A stretch of 63,962 bases of DNA, the filler included, from an uncultured Myxococcia bacterium (lineage in GTDB: Bacteria > CAZTWC01): assembly GCA_964617105.1 (NCBI GenBank). It is 8 parts of 8 records of this genome, joined end to end, with 100 filler letters (N's around TTAATTAATTAA, not from the genome) between each part and the next. Parts side by side here need not be neighbours in the genome. Positions count along the whole stretch, not along the records: positions 49,089 to 57,044 come from CAZTWC010000168.1; positions 57,145 to 63,962 come from CAZTWC010000210.1; 6 more parts are not named here. One strand, written 5' to 3'. A model generated the notes under the pieces. The model did no database searches. It was not told where the DNA came from and worked only from the letters and a program-made list of their open reading frames with translations. Of this stretch, positions 53,697 to 63,962 are shown piece after piece. A program made the translations under genes and the position numbers. Each line of letters begins with the position of its first letter. Position 1 is the stretch's first letter.

Positions 53697-56600
53697 GCAA
53701 CCTGAAAATCTTTAATCTAACCCAAAATATTATTAAGGGAACTATGCTCATAGAGGCCAGTGCTGGAACCGGCAAAACCTACAGCATTGCCACCACCATG
53801 ATGCGACTCATCACTGAGAAAAACCTAAAAATTGACGAAATTCTGGTGGTTACCTTTACCCGGGATGCAACCACGGAATTAAAAAACCGAATTCGGCAAC
53901 ACCTCCATGAAACCTGTCAGGCTTTGCGTCAAAAAACTACCCAAGACCCGACCCTACAAAAAATTCTGGAGCCGGTTTTTAAAGATGATATTTTGGAAAA
54001 ACAGTGGTTGCAGCGCCTGGAGAAAGCCCTGGAAACCTTTGATAATGCTGCCATCTTTACTATCCATAGTTTTTGTCAGCGTATGCTCAGCCAATATGCT
54101 TTTGAGAGCCGGATTGAGAACAATTTAAATTTAAAAACCGATCACTATAATCTGCTCAATCTAATCGTGGACGATCACCTGGCAAAACTTTACCACCAGG
54201 CCTCGCCCCAAAAATACCGGATTCTTTTCCTGGGCTGCCAAATAAACCGAACCACGCTGATGAAAATTGCCCGGAAAGTGACTGATAACCGCAGCCTGAC
54301 CTTTATTCCGCAGATCGATAAGATTAGCCTGCGGCAGTGGATCAATTCGGTGGATAAACTGGCTCACATCTGGGACAGCCCGCAGGGTAAAGATAGGGTG
54401 ATGGAATTTTTCAAGAACTATGCGCCAAAATCGACCGGTAATGTAATAAAAAAGGCTAAGCCGGAAATTACCCTGCGGAATATTACTCACTTTACCGATT
54501 GGCTCCACAACGACCAATCTCCAGCTCTTTATGACCCTTTTTATAAAAACCAATATCGACTGTTAAAAGAACAAAGTTGGTTCAAATATTTTAAGGCCAA
54601 CGCCATTAAACACCAGGCATCAACAGCTAAAAAGAATGAAGACCAAACCAAGGCTATGATTCAGGAGGTAGATACATTAGAAATCTTTAAGCAGATTAAA
54701 GAGTTGGGACAACTGGCGGAAAATTTCATAGACAGCCAGATCTATGAGTTTGCCACTTGTGTACGCGAGCGATTCAAGGAGCAATGTGACCAAACTGGAA
54801 CCCAAACCTTTGATGATCTGCTGGTAAACCTGGCCAAACCTCTACAAAAAAGCGGCAGTTCTCTGGAAATAGAGATTCAAAACCGTTTTAAAGCAGCCCT
54901 AATTGATGAATTTCAAGATACCGATGAACTGCAATGGAAAATCTTTAAAACTATTTTTGCGACTGGAGATCAAGATCACTACCTTTATCTCATTGGCGAC
55001 CCCAAGCAGGCTATCTATGCCTTTCGAGGCGCCAACATTAATGTGTATCAAAAGGCTCGAAAAGAGGCTAAGGCAAATAACCGGTTTACCATGAACCAAA
55101 ATTATCGTTCCGACCAGACCTATGTAGAAGCCATAAACCACCTGCTGGACTGGAAAAATATTCTTGGTAATTCAGAGATCCAATATATCCCGGTAAAAAC
55201 ACCTGACCGGGAGCCCAAAAGAAGACTAAAATTTGAAATTGAAAACCAGGTTGATGATGCCTGGAAAACCCCTTTGGAAATAAAACTCTTTGACAACCGC
55301 ATTCTTCCAAATAACCCAGAAGATGACTCTGGCAACATTGTAAAGAAATCCGCTGCCGCCAATGCTCTGTCTGGAGTGGTAGCCAGCGATATGGTTGCCT
55401 TTATAGAGCAAAAACCACAGATATATGATACTGAACTGGATAATTTTCGTCCGGTGAACCCGGGTGACCTGGCGGTGCTGGTGCGCTCCAATCAGCAGGC
55501 CATTGAGATTCAAAAGGCTTTGCTGGAACGTAATTTGCCGGCTGTCATTGCCCGCATGGGAGACGTGTTCACCAGTGAAGAATCTCTAGGCCTTTCCCAG
55601 TGGCTTTCTGCCCTGATTTACCCCACTAGTGAAAAGCGGGCGCGGCTTTTGCTGGCCTCAGATCTATTCCGATGGACCGGAACAGATCTGGACCAGTATT
55701 ACCAGGCGCGCAACGAAGCCTGGATGGGACTTTTAACCTTTTGGCAAAAGAGGATAAAACAGTATGGATTTATGACCACCTTCCGCCTTCTGATGACCTG
55801 CCAATGGGGCGTTACAGAGGGGGAGCACCCTGCCCTGTCCACCCGTATTCTTACCTATCCCAACGGTGAGCGCAGCCTCACCAATTACTTTCACCTGGCA
55901 GAACTCCTGCACCAGGCCGGCTCCACTCAGAGACTGGGGCTGAAAGGTTTACACCAATGGCTGCAGCAACAGCGCATACAGGCGGAAATCGCCCAAAAAG
56001 AAAACCACGAAAATGAAAATCTGGAGATGCGCCTGGAAACTGATGATCATGCAGTGCAAATTTCTACCATGCATAAATCCAAAGGATTGGAATACCCCCT
56101 GGTTTGGGCTCCCTATTTATGGATTGGAAAAACCTGGTACGGTGATGATAAAAAATATTTGATTGCTACCAATCCAAACAGCCAGGATAATACAACCAGG
56201 TATCTGAATTTTCAAAATAACTTAAATGCTGAACCCAAAAACAGCCAGATTGACCACCTGGCCCAGGAAAGGATAGAAGAGGACTTACGGCTTCTCTACG
56301 TAACCTTAACCAGAGCCCGTATCCGTTGCACCGCCTTTTGGGGTTATACCGGGTACAACGAAAAAACCAATCCCCTGGGTCTGGTTCTATTTGGAGCACC
56401 GCCTCCGGATGACCATGAAGGTGACCTGGGTCAGAAACTCTCAAAGGCACCGGTTGCATCTCGTATTGTTAATGCAAAAACGGTTATGGAAAAAGCCAAA
56501 AACCAGAAAAGCAGCAAATTCTTTCACCATCACCTCGATCAACTGGCCAACACCTCGAAAAATACCATCTCCTGGCGCATGGCCCTGCCGGCCAATGCAA

Positions 56601-57044
56601 ATCTGACTCCTGCCATCGCCTTCTTAGAGAAAGGCCACGAACCATCACTTTTAAAAGCAGCACAGTTTAAACGCTATGGAGTGGACCATCTATGGGCCAA
56701 AAACAGTTACTCCAACTTAACCAAAACCGTTCATACCACTTTTAATGAAAACACTATAAAAATGGAAGATGCTGATGCAGCAGCCGACCGCGACCAGGAT
56801 GTTGAAGAGGCTAGACTGCAATTGGACCAACTAACCAGGCCCAAACAAGTCAAAATCAATAACCAGGCATCTAATGTACCTTTGGCCAAATTTTACGGCG
56901 GTGCTGAAGTGGGAAAATTTTTCCACCTCCTTTATGAACATGCAGATTTTAAATGGGCCAGAGAAGATTTTTCTGAGGAGGAGGCCCGGGCAAACCTGGA
57001 AGAGTTGGTCCACCAGTTTGCCGGACAATACAACATTCAGCGGG
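53693..57044 (+). CDS. recB: Exodeoxyribonuclease V beta subunit, 3' truncated
   Basis: LIEASAGTGKT, VVTFT, IDEFQDT, IGDPKQAIY, TMHKSKGLE, YVTLTRA; ATGA overlap with recC. Confidence 0.95.
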
Positions 57045-57169
57045 NNNNNNNNNNNNNNNNNNNNNNNNNNNNNNNNNNNNNNNNNNNNTTAATTAATTAA
57101 NNNNNNNNNNNNNNNNNNNNNNNNNNNNNNNNNNNNNNNNNNNNTTGAGATAGGATTTGAGATTTAGAG

Positions 57170-57204
57170 AAAAGGCCCTGGCCGTTTGGCTGGGGCTTTT
57201 TTTT
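57170..57204 (+). terminator. Rho-independent terminator
   Basis: GGCCCTGGCC..GGCTGGGGC stem followed by a T8 run. Confidence 0.65.
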
Positions 57205-57570
57205 GTGGACGAGGGGGGGCGGGTGCGGCCTTGAGGTTGAAATTTGCTACAAGATAATATGCTTGTTTAGCAATTTTCCTTGCTTACACTTCCCATAAAA
57301 GTTAAAATAGTCGCAGAGCGTTTGCCTCTTGCAATCCACCTACATTTAATTCACTGGACAGGAAATTTTAATATGCCTGCAAAAAATTTGCAAAGTATCC
57401 GTAACAGATTAAATCAATTGACTCTTGATGAATATTTAATTCTCCTGGAAGATATTACCAAACATATCAGACTTAGTCAAAAACCCCTGCGGATGATGGG
57501 CAATAGGAAAGGGGAGATAAGTATTGGTGACTGGGGTGGTTTGTTTGGATGCTTAGAAATTGGTTTAATG

Positions 57571-57900
57571 TCAATTAGTCAACCGGACATTTATCAGCCG
57601 ATTCAGGCTTATTCCACTTTCAGATGCTTGAATGGCCAGATCTCTATGAACTTCTGGAGGAACTCGAACTAAAAATTTGCCACTGTAATTCCGGCAGGAA
57701 AGCGGCTCTGGTATTGCTTCTGCATTTTTTTTCATATCACTGACAACATCACAAACAACCAGGCGAATACCTTTTAACGCTTCTTCAGGTGTTTTGGTCA
57801 GCCAACTCAAACTGGGAAATTCGGCACATAATCCTACATACTCACCATCTTCTTCAGACCACAAAACCCGATAAGTATATTTGTCATTTTTCAGGGGCAT
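57571..57900 (-). CDS. hicB: HicB family antitoxin
   Basis: YTYRVLWSEEDGEYVGLCAEFPSLSW..YSGKFLVRVPPEVHR..ISLNRL. Confidence 0.92.
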   Translation of the reverse strand: MPLKNDKYTYRVLWSEEDGEYVGLCAEFPSLSWLTKTPEEALKGIRLVVCDVVSDMKKNAEAIPEPLSCRNYSGKFLVRVPPEVHRDLAIQASESGISLNRLINVRLTN

Positions 57901-57901
57901 T

Positions 57902-58125
57902 TTACTTATCCTCCAATTTTGATATTGCCTTCAAAACCTGCCGAACTTGATATTGCTTAGCCTTCCCATTATCATTCTGAATATTTATCCTTGGATCACC
58001 TGGCCAGGGTGTTTTGTATATTCGATGGCTACCGCCAGTTTGCCGAGGCTCACCAAAAAAGCGTTTACAAATCTTGCACAAATCACTAAAACGAACTTCT
58101 TTAGGATTTTTTCTATGTCTGCCAT
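57902..58125 (-). pseudogene. hicA: HicA-like toxin, apparently frameshifted near the 5' end
   Basis: The body NPKEVRFSDLCK..GSHRIYKTPW..KQYQVRQV is out of frame with the likely start ATG at 58125 (MADIEKIL). Confidence 0.7.
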
Positions 58126-58130
58126 GCCTA

Positions 58131-58159
58131 AATGATACCACTATTGGTATCATTGTCAA
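58131..58159 (-). promoter_or_regulatory. hicAB promoter with palindromic operator
   Basis: Perfect 10-bp inverted repeat AATGATACCA-CTAT-TGGTATCATT adjacent to a minus-strand TTGACA. Confidence 0.75.
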
Positions 58160-58392
58160 GTGTAATTTTCTTCTTTCCTAGCGTCCCAGCGTTAAAAGAG
58201 TTAAAAAAGACTACAACAACAATGAGTTGTGATAGATTTAATGCTAACTATTACAAATTGACATCCTCTCCACCCTGAAGGAGGGAGCCCTAACATAAAA
58301 AGTAGTTGTTTGCCCCTTATCAACCTCACTCTCCAACAAAATTTTACTACCCATCAATAGCCACTATTTTTCTACCAGTTTTAACTTTTCAC

Positions 58393-59784
58393 CTAAAATA
58401 TTGCTGTAATCGATGAGTAAACAAAAGTTGCTGGATCAGCCTGGGATCCTTGCCAATCTTTGCTGGGGAAAAAGAGATCGACCCCTAATTGAGCCTTCAG
58501 GTTGCTACTTATCAGCCAGTCGAAAGTCAAATCTACTTCTACCCCTAAAAAATTTCCGCCCGGTTTAGATTCTTGGACATTGACAGATGAAAGCGAAAAT
58601 GCCTTCTGGGTGCGGAAATAGTGGACATCAGCCTTTAGGCTGACAGAGTCGGTCAGATTTGCACCTGTCTGAAATATCAAATCTTGAAGGCCATAGGAAG
58701 CAATACCTTTTGCCTTTTTAAAAAAATCCATGTGGCCGCGCTTATTATGTCCAGAATAATAGAATTCATAAAAATAGTTGATCTGCCCGGGGTCTTTATG
58801 GTCATCACCCGATGAAACATCAAAACCAGCGCGAATAAAGGGTGAAAATCTGCCTTCAAAAGAATAGATAATATTCAAGGTAGCCAGCCAGGCGGAAATA
58901 TCGGCCTGACCTGATTTAGTAGCCTGATTACCAAGTTGATAAGCCAGATCAAAATCGAGTTTCAGCCCCCTGTTTTCCCAATTGCCAAACAGAGCAAAAG
59001 TAAAACGGCTAAAAGCAGAATTCGTCCCCTGGCTGTTTTCTTGAGCTACCTGGCTGGCATCATGATCTAAAAAGAACAAAAAATGGAGGTGCCTTTTCCA
59101 GCCGATCAGATCCATTCCCAACAGAGTGTGATCGTGTTTGTAGTCGATATTTTTGTTTGGTGCCTGGTAAGAATCAGACAATTTTTCCCGGCCAGAATAC
59201 CAGTGGCGATCACCACCCGCACCATAAAATGACCAAATATTAACATCAAAAAGGTCGCCTTCAAAGCCCAATTTTAGGCCGTCAAAGGTGCGAGGACCAC
59301 TATAACTCCAGTTTCCTGGACCAAATAAACGCCCTCCTCCCTGGTCATTGGACATCCGGCCAACTTTTAGATAGGTACCCTTACTGAATAAGTTATTGAT
59401 TCTAACCCATGATTTTATCACTCCCAGGTTTGAGTCAACCGAATTGGGGGATAGGGTTTCGCCAGTGTTGTAGGGATCGTTATAACCCATCCTGCGGGAA
59501 TCACCCAACTGAAAGTAAAAGATCGTATCGGGAATTTTATCCTCTATTTTTAATCCCAACCTGGTTCTTAAGGTGGCATACTGATCCGGACTGGTGGAGT
59601 TGTTAAAGTCGCGGCCATCGTACTCTATCCGAGGGCGCAAATAGGCATCAAGGAATAGGCCCGGAGCAAGTTTAATAGCGGCTGACACCGAATTGCCCAT
59701 CAGTAATAAAACTATCGCCAGCAATAATTTTATTGGCCAGTTATCTTTTTTTCCGATCTGTTTGAACATAATTCTCCTTTCCAT
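58393..59784 (-). CDS. Alginate export (AlgE-like) outer-membrane beta-barrel
   Basis: Signal peptide; LRPRIE..LRTRLG, KVGRM, RTFDG, SSGDD, LGVEVDL; terminal Phe. Confidence 0.8.
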   Translation of the reverse strand: MERRIMFKQIGKKDNWPIKLLLAIVLLLMGNSVSAAIKLAPGLFLDAYLRPRIEYDGRDFNNSTSPDQYATLRTRLGLKIEDKIPDTIFYFQLGDSRRMGYNDPYNTGETLSPNSVDSNLGVIKSWVRINNLFSKGTYLKVGRMSNDQGGGRLFGPGNWSYSGPRTFDGLKLGFEGDLFDVNIWSFYGAGGDRHWYSGREKLSDSYQAPNKNIDYKHDHTLLGMDLIGWKRHLHFLFFLDHDASQVAQENSQGTNSAFSRFTFALFGNWENRGLKLDFDLAYQLGNQATKSGQADISAWLATLNIIYSFEGRFSPFIRAGFDVSSGDDHKDPGQINYFYEFYYSGHNKRGHMDFFKKAKGIASYGLQDLIFQTGANLTDSVSLKADVHYFRTQKAFSLSSVNVQESKPGGNFLGVEVDLTFDWLISSNLKAQLGVDLFFPSKDWQGSQADPATFVYSSITAIF

Positions 59785-60032
59785 CCTAAATCAAATCGAT
59801 TTTCTACCCCCCCGAGCAATCACTGATCACCTCTCCAATTATGGAACTCTTTGGGTTACCCGCCGCCCTGGAAAGCACAAGTTTCATTCCTGGTTTTAGA
59901 GATTTATTCAACATCATGTTAGTTGGATCTATTTGCTCCACCACCGATAACCGATAGTCCATATTTGGGTACATCATCCCTATGGGAATGGGGGCTGGGC
60001 GTAATATCTGAACAGTTATTTCCGTCCGAGAA

Positions 60033-61883
60033 CTATTTTGTGTGCATTTTTTTTAATCTGGCGGCAATAAAATGGCGTTTAGCAGCATCTAATACTGTTT
60101 TCCTGATGCGGATTGATTTTGGAGTAACCTCCACAAGTTCATCATCTCCGATAAAATTGATGGCTGCTTCAAGGGTTATCTCTTTCACCGGGGAACAAAC
60201 CACATTTTCATCCTTGCCAGCTGCCCGCATATTACTCAATTTCTTCTCCCGGCAGGGATTTACATCAATATCTCTATGACGGTTACGCTCCCCGATAACC
60301 ATCCCTTCATACACAAGAGTGCCCTGTGTAATAAATAGTTGTCCCCTGGGTTCAAGGTGGAACAGGGCATAGGGCACTCCTTTTCCCTGGCGGTCGGACA
60401 CCAGAGAACCGGTATGCCTGACGGGAAAATCACCCCGATGTGGTTCATAGCCTAACAAATATGAATTTAAAATCCCGGTTCCTCTGGTATCAGTCAAAAA
60501 TTCATCCCGATATCCAATCAAGGATCGAGATGGTATGGAAAATTCAATTCTGACCCGCCCCTTGCCATTATTCACCAGGTTGGTCAATTTTCCTTTTTTG
60601 ATGGATAGTTTTTCGGTAACTACTCCCAAATAACTTTCATCACAATCCACAAACAGATGTTCAATTGGTTCGAGTTTTTGTCCAGCCTCTTTCTTATAAA
60701 TAACCCGAGGCCGCCCTACACAAAACTCAAAATTTTCCCTGCGCATGGTTTCAATAAGAATAGCCAACTGGAGTTCCCCTCTACCCTTAACCACATAACT
60801 TTCATCCTCCTGGCTTTCTTCCACTTCAATGGCTACATTCATCAGGGTTTCTTTTAATAACCGGTCCCAGATTTTTCTGGACTGAACATGTTTACCTTCC
60901 TGGCCGACAAAGGGAGAATCTGAAATGGAAAAACGCATGAATACCGTGGGCTCATCAACTGCAATCCTGGGTAATGGCACCGGCTCAAGATGGGTACAGA
61001 TAGTATCCCCGATCCTGACATCTTTAATACCGGACAAAACTACAATATCACCCACCTGGGCATTGTCCACAGGCACCAGGCTCATACCATCATAGGATTG
61101 AAGCCTGGATACCTTTAACGGAATTGTCTTGTTGTTCTCACTGATACACACCAGGCTTTCATTAGAAGAAGCGGTACCGTTAAAAATTTTGCCAATGGCA
61201 AGGCGGCCCAGGTAATCAGAATATCCCAGATCTGATACCAGCATTTGCAGGGGGGCCTCAGGGTCATAGGAGGGGGCTGGCATTTCATCCAAAATGACAT
61301 CAAAAAGAACTTTAAGATTATCCACCTGGTCATCAAGTTCTCTTTTAACAATTCCGTCCCTGCCAATGGCATAAAGATATCTAAAATCAAGTTGTTCGTC
61401 TGTGGCATCCAGATCAATGAATAGATCATAAACCATGTCCAGAACATCATCAGGCCTTGCATCTTTACGGTCTATTTTATTAATGATAACCATGACAGGC
61501 AAATTGACTTCAAAGGTTTTTTTCAAGACAAATCTAGTCTGAGGCAAAGGCCCTTCTGAAGCATCCACCAGAAGTATGGCAGAATCAGCCATGGACAACG
61601 CCCGTTCAACCTCACCGCCAAAGTCAGCATGGCCTGGAGTATCAATAATATTAATCTTTACACCCTTGCAGGTCACCGAACAATTCTTGGCTGAAATGGT
61701 AATGCCTCGTTCCCGCTCGAGATCCATGGTATCCATGAGGCGTTCATCAACTTCCTGATCTTCTCTGAACATACCACTTTGCCTGAACATGGCATCCACC
61801 AGGGTGGTTTTACCATGGTCAACATGGGCGATAATGGCTACATTCCGCAAATTTTCATTGACGGCTAATTTTTTTTTAATCAT
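60033..61883 (-). CDS. typA: Translational GTPase TypA/BipA
   Basis: [49 protein letters not shown]. Confidence 0.97.
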   Translation of the reverse strand: MIKKKLAVNENLRNVAIIAHVDHGKTTLVDAMFRQSGMFREDQEVDERLMDTMDLERERGITISAKNCSVTCKGVKINIIDTPGHADFGGEVERALSMADSAILLVDASEGPLPQTRFVLKKTFEVNLPVMVIINKIDRKDARPDDVLDMVYDLFIDLDATDEQLDFRYLYAIGRDGIVKRELDDQVDNLKVLFDVILDEMPAPSYDPEAPLQMLVSDLGYSDYLGRLAIGKIFNGTASSNESLVCISENNKTIPLKVSRLQSYDGMSLVPVDNAQVGDIVVLSGIKDVRIGDTICTHLEPVPLPRIAVDEPTVFMRFSISDSPFVGQEGKHVQSRKIWDRLLKETLMNVAIEVEESQEDESYVVKGRGELQLAILIETMRRENFEFCVGRPRVIYKKEAGQKLEPIEHLFVDCDESYLGVVTEKLSIKKGKLTNLVNNGKGRVRIEFSIPSRSLIGYRDEFLTDTRGTGILNSYLLGYEPHRGDFPVRHTGSLVSDRQGKGVPYALFHLEPRGQLFITQGTLVYEGMVIGERNRHRDIDVNPCREKKLSNMRAAGKDENVVCSPVKEITLEAAINFIGDDELVEVTPKSIRIRKTVLDAAKRHFIAARLKKMHTK

Positions 61884-61899
61884 AAACCACCCCGCAAAC

Positions 61900-61941
61900 A
61901 AAAAGGGGACTTAACGGTTTCCCGCTGAGTCCCCTTTTTTA
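61900..61941. terminator. Bidirectional terminator downstream of the tRNA-Arg fragment
   Basis: AAAAAGGGGACT..AGTCCCCTTTTTT. Confidence 0.75.
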
Positions 61942-61943
61942 TT

Positions 61944-61988
61944 TGGTGCGCCCGGCAGGATTCGAACCTGCGACTTACGGATTCGTAA
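61944..61988 (-). tRNA. 3' half of tRNA-Arg(ACG) only (att-site remnant)
   Basis: Minus strand reads TTACGAATCCGTAAGTCGCAGGTTCGAATCCTGCCGGGCGCACCA: anticodon loop, T arm and CCA are present; no D arm or 5' acceptor strand upstream. Confidence 0.8.
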
Positions 61989-62194
61989 TTCTTTTTTGAT
62001 GCTTCATCAATTCCTACAGCATAATAATTTTTTGACATTATCAAGGAATATTTATTTTGGCAACAAATAGATTCTCAGAACATAAAATCAATTTGAGAAT
62101 CTGGTCTTCTTGTTTTGACTTTGAATCCCGCAACCCCCCCAAATTTCTACTTGACTTACTCGGTTCAAATAATGTATCATCCAAAAACTACTGC

Positions 62195-62269
62195 GGTCCC
62201 ATCGTCTAGCGGTTAGGACATCGGCCTCTCACGCCGAAGGCAGGGGTTCGATTCCCCTTGGGACTACCA
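62195..62269 (+). tRNA. tRNA-Glu(CTC)
   Basis: Complete cloverleaf GGTCCCA..TGGGACT-A-CCA; anticodon arm TCGGC-CTCTCAC-GCCGA; GGTTCGATTCC. Confidence 0.95.
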
Positions 62270-62282
62270 GATATTATCTCTT

Positions 62283-62326
62283 AAACTCGCTCTCCAGCCA
62301 ATGCGGCCGGGCAGCGAGTTTTTTTG
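62283..62326 (+). terminator. Terminator after tRNA-Glu
   Basis: AAACTCGCT..AGCGAGTTT followed by a T-run. Confidence 0.65.
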
Positions 62327-62764
62327 TTTGTGGCGTATAACTGCGGAATATTAAAGGTTTTTTGGACTTCCCAGCGAAGATGCAGCAGCCGGAGCCGAAG
62401 ATCACCACCACCTACATTTCGGCCAATTTCACCCATTTTCAGCCCAAATTCTCTCTCTTTCTCTTAAAGCCGAAAAGTGGGTTTTCGGTTTTGACCACCA
62501 ACTTTTCGGCTTATTTCAACTGTAATATCATTGACATGCACGATTATGTGACAAATGTGAGTTCGATTCTTTATCGGTAGCGATGTTTTGGGATCGAATT
62601 TTTCTTTTGGGATTGGAGACTGAGAATAAAATTGGCACATCTCTGAAAAACTATTGCGGGTGCTGGTTGTAAAATCGCGATAGTGAAAGATAGTGTTTGT
62701 CGGTTCCAGTTGGAGTGTGGTATAATAATAAAGAATAAACTTAAATGGTTAGAAAGAGATTACT

Positions 62765-62989
62765 ATGAATGCCAATGACTTATTAGCTACCGCTGAATCA
62801 TTACCATTGGAATTAAAAATTCAACTGATAAATAAACTTCTCAGTAGTATTGATCCAACCAGAAAAGAAATTGATGAATTGTGGGCAAAAGAGGCTGAAA
62901 GCAGAGTTGCTGATATAGCATCGGGGAAAGTTACTCCAATACCTGGCGAAAAGGTTTTTAGGGAAATTAAAGGCAGATTTAATAAATGA
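62765..62989 (+). CDS. Addiction module antitoxin (TIGR02574-like)
   Basis: AESLPLELKIQLINKLLSSI..IDELWAKEAESR..IPGEKVF. Confidence 0.88.
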   Translation: MNANDLLATAESLPLELKIQLINKLLSSIDPTRKEIDELWAKEAESRVADIASGKVTPIPGEKVFREIKGRFNK

Positions 62990-63282
62990 AGTATTTTTTC
63001 CATCCGGGAGCAGTATTAGAATTTAACGAAACTATCAATTACTATGAAGAATGCCGACCGGGTCTGGGAGCAGAGTTCGCCAACGAAATATATTCTACCA
63101 TCAGTCGAATTATACAATATCCCAAAGCATGGTCGCGTCTATCACAAAATACCAGAAAATGTTTGACCAATCGTTTTCCCTTTGGAGTAATCTATCAAGA
63201 AAAGGAGGGCAGGATATTTATTCTCGCTGTAATGCATTTAAATAAAGAGCCAACCTATTGGAAAGATAGAACTAAAAAATAA
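62986..63282 (+). CDS. RelE/ParE family toxin
   Basis: FHPGAVLEF..YYEECRPGLG..RFPFGVIY..AVMHLNKEPTYW; ATGA overlap with the antitoxin gene. Confidence 0.9.
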   Translation: MKYFFHPGAVLEFNETINYYEECRPGLGAEFANEIYSTISRIIQYPKAWSRLSQNTRKCLTNRFPFGVIYQEKEGRIFILAVMHLNKEPTYWKDRTKK

Positions 63283-63322
63283 GTTACTGTTTTGGTAATC
63301 AACAGCAAAAAGGCTTTTCAAT

Positions 63323-63478
63323 ATGACTAAAATAGATCTAATAGAAATCGTCCGTGACACTTTCGGCTATCCTCGGATCGAGTGCGTTGAATTGGTGGAA
63401 ATATTCCTCGGAAGCATTAAAGAAAGCCTCGCTGCTGGCGATGACCTAAAAACCTCCGGATTCGGCACCTGGCAGTGA
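63323..63478 (+). pseudogene. Second IHF-like gene, truncated after GFGTWQ
   Basis: MTKIDLIEIVRDTFGYPRIECVELVEIFLGSIKESLAAGDDLKTSGFGTWQ*; clear paralog of 1-232. Confidence 0.82.
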
Positions 63479-63492
63479 CACTTTTCACCAGA

Positions 63493-63683
63493 TTATTTTT
63501 CCGCTAATTTCTTGAGCCATTCTCTCTGCTCCTCCCACAGCAATGGAATTTTGTCCATTAACTTCGTTAGAGATATGCCGCTTGGCTCCTTACCGTCCAG
63601 TATCATCTCAATAATATCTGGAGCAAGATAAGTTAGTCGTATTATTTGAGATACATATTGCTTGGTCAATCCCAGCCTATCAT
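63493..63683 (-). pseudogene. C-terminal fragment of a serine-recombinase-associated protein
   Basis: LGLTKQYVSQIIRLTYLAPDIIEMILDGKEP..IPLLWEEQR, a motif found at or after large serine recombinases. Confidence 0.65.
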
Positions 63684-63962
63684 TATTCCACTGGTTCTAT
63701 ATCATGGAAAAGGCAAATGGAAAGTTGCTGATGAATTCTCTGGAATAATTACTGATTACCAGAGATTTGCAGAGTATACTCCAAATTTCAGATATGCCCT
63801 TTGTGATTTATCAAAATATTCAGATGAAGAGATCAGGGGAAACGTATTGACTCAATCGGGACTTTTGGCTCTCAAGTATATATTTTCAGATGATTTACTT
63901 GAAAAGTTGCCTGGTATTATAAAGTTGTTCATTGATATAATTGAGACTGAAAGTGGGTTGAA
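63676..63962 (+). pseudogene. Rpn/YhgA-like (PD-(D/E)XK transposase) internal fragment
   Basis: PIIIPLVLYHGKGKW..YTPNFRYALCDLSKYSDEEI..LLALKYIF; lacks the N-terminal nuclease region. Confidence 0.75.

Noticed and set aside
8142-57144. Regularly spaced TTAATTAATTAA palindromes, and any gene linkage across them
   Set aside because: They are artificial linkers inside N runs joining length-sorted contigs, so adjacency across them (for example the IS next to the DGR, or the kinase next to moeA) has no biological meaning.
61944-62160. Intron-split or permuted tRNA-Arg
   Set aside because: No 5' exon or group I intron core is visible, and the fragment starts at the anticodon loop as expected for an att remnant.

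Overview
The window is not one locus. It is eight unrelated contigs of roughly 7-8 kb (1-8141, 8242-16377, 16478-24589, 24690-32757, 32858-40875, 40976-48988, 49089-57044, 57145-63962), sorted by decreasing length and joined by N-TTAATTAATTAA-N linkers. The source looks like a draft or metagenome-assembled deltaproteobacterium (Myxococcota/Desulfobacterota-like gene content). Contents by contig: (1) a frameshifted IHF gene and an FHA-GAF-adenylate cyclase / Ser-Thr kinase / PEGA / Cys-rich surface protein operon; (2) a giant Ca-repeat adhesin fused to a TraB-like OmpA barrel, plus a DUF11 adhesin; (3) an HTH-N6 DNA methylase and a five-gene DAGK-ThiL-radical SAM-FAAL-ACP lipid operon; (4) a circularly permuted ATP-grasp protein and mdh-sucCD-korDABC-ndk; (5) a decayed prophage/island with TA pairs, IS fragments, back-to-back truncated integrase and MuF genes, and a Fic gene inside perfect 31-bp direct repeats; (6) an RT-less diversity-generating retroelement (DGR) remnant (avd stub fused to a template repeat plus spacer) ahead of an LPP20/OmpA/CsgG lipoprotein cluster; (7) moeA-moaC-recC-recB; (8) hicAB, a porin, typA, a 3' half tRNA-Arg (att scar), tRNA-Glu and gene debris. 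The best candidates for undescribed biology are the DAGK-ThiL-rSAM-FAAL-ACP operon and the orphan DGR template cassette. All family calls come from motif recognition by eye, not database searches.
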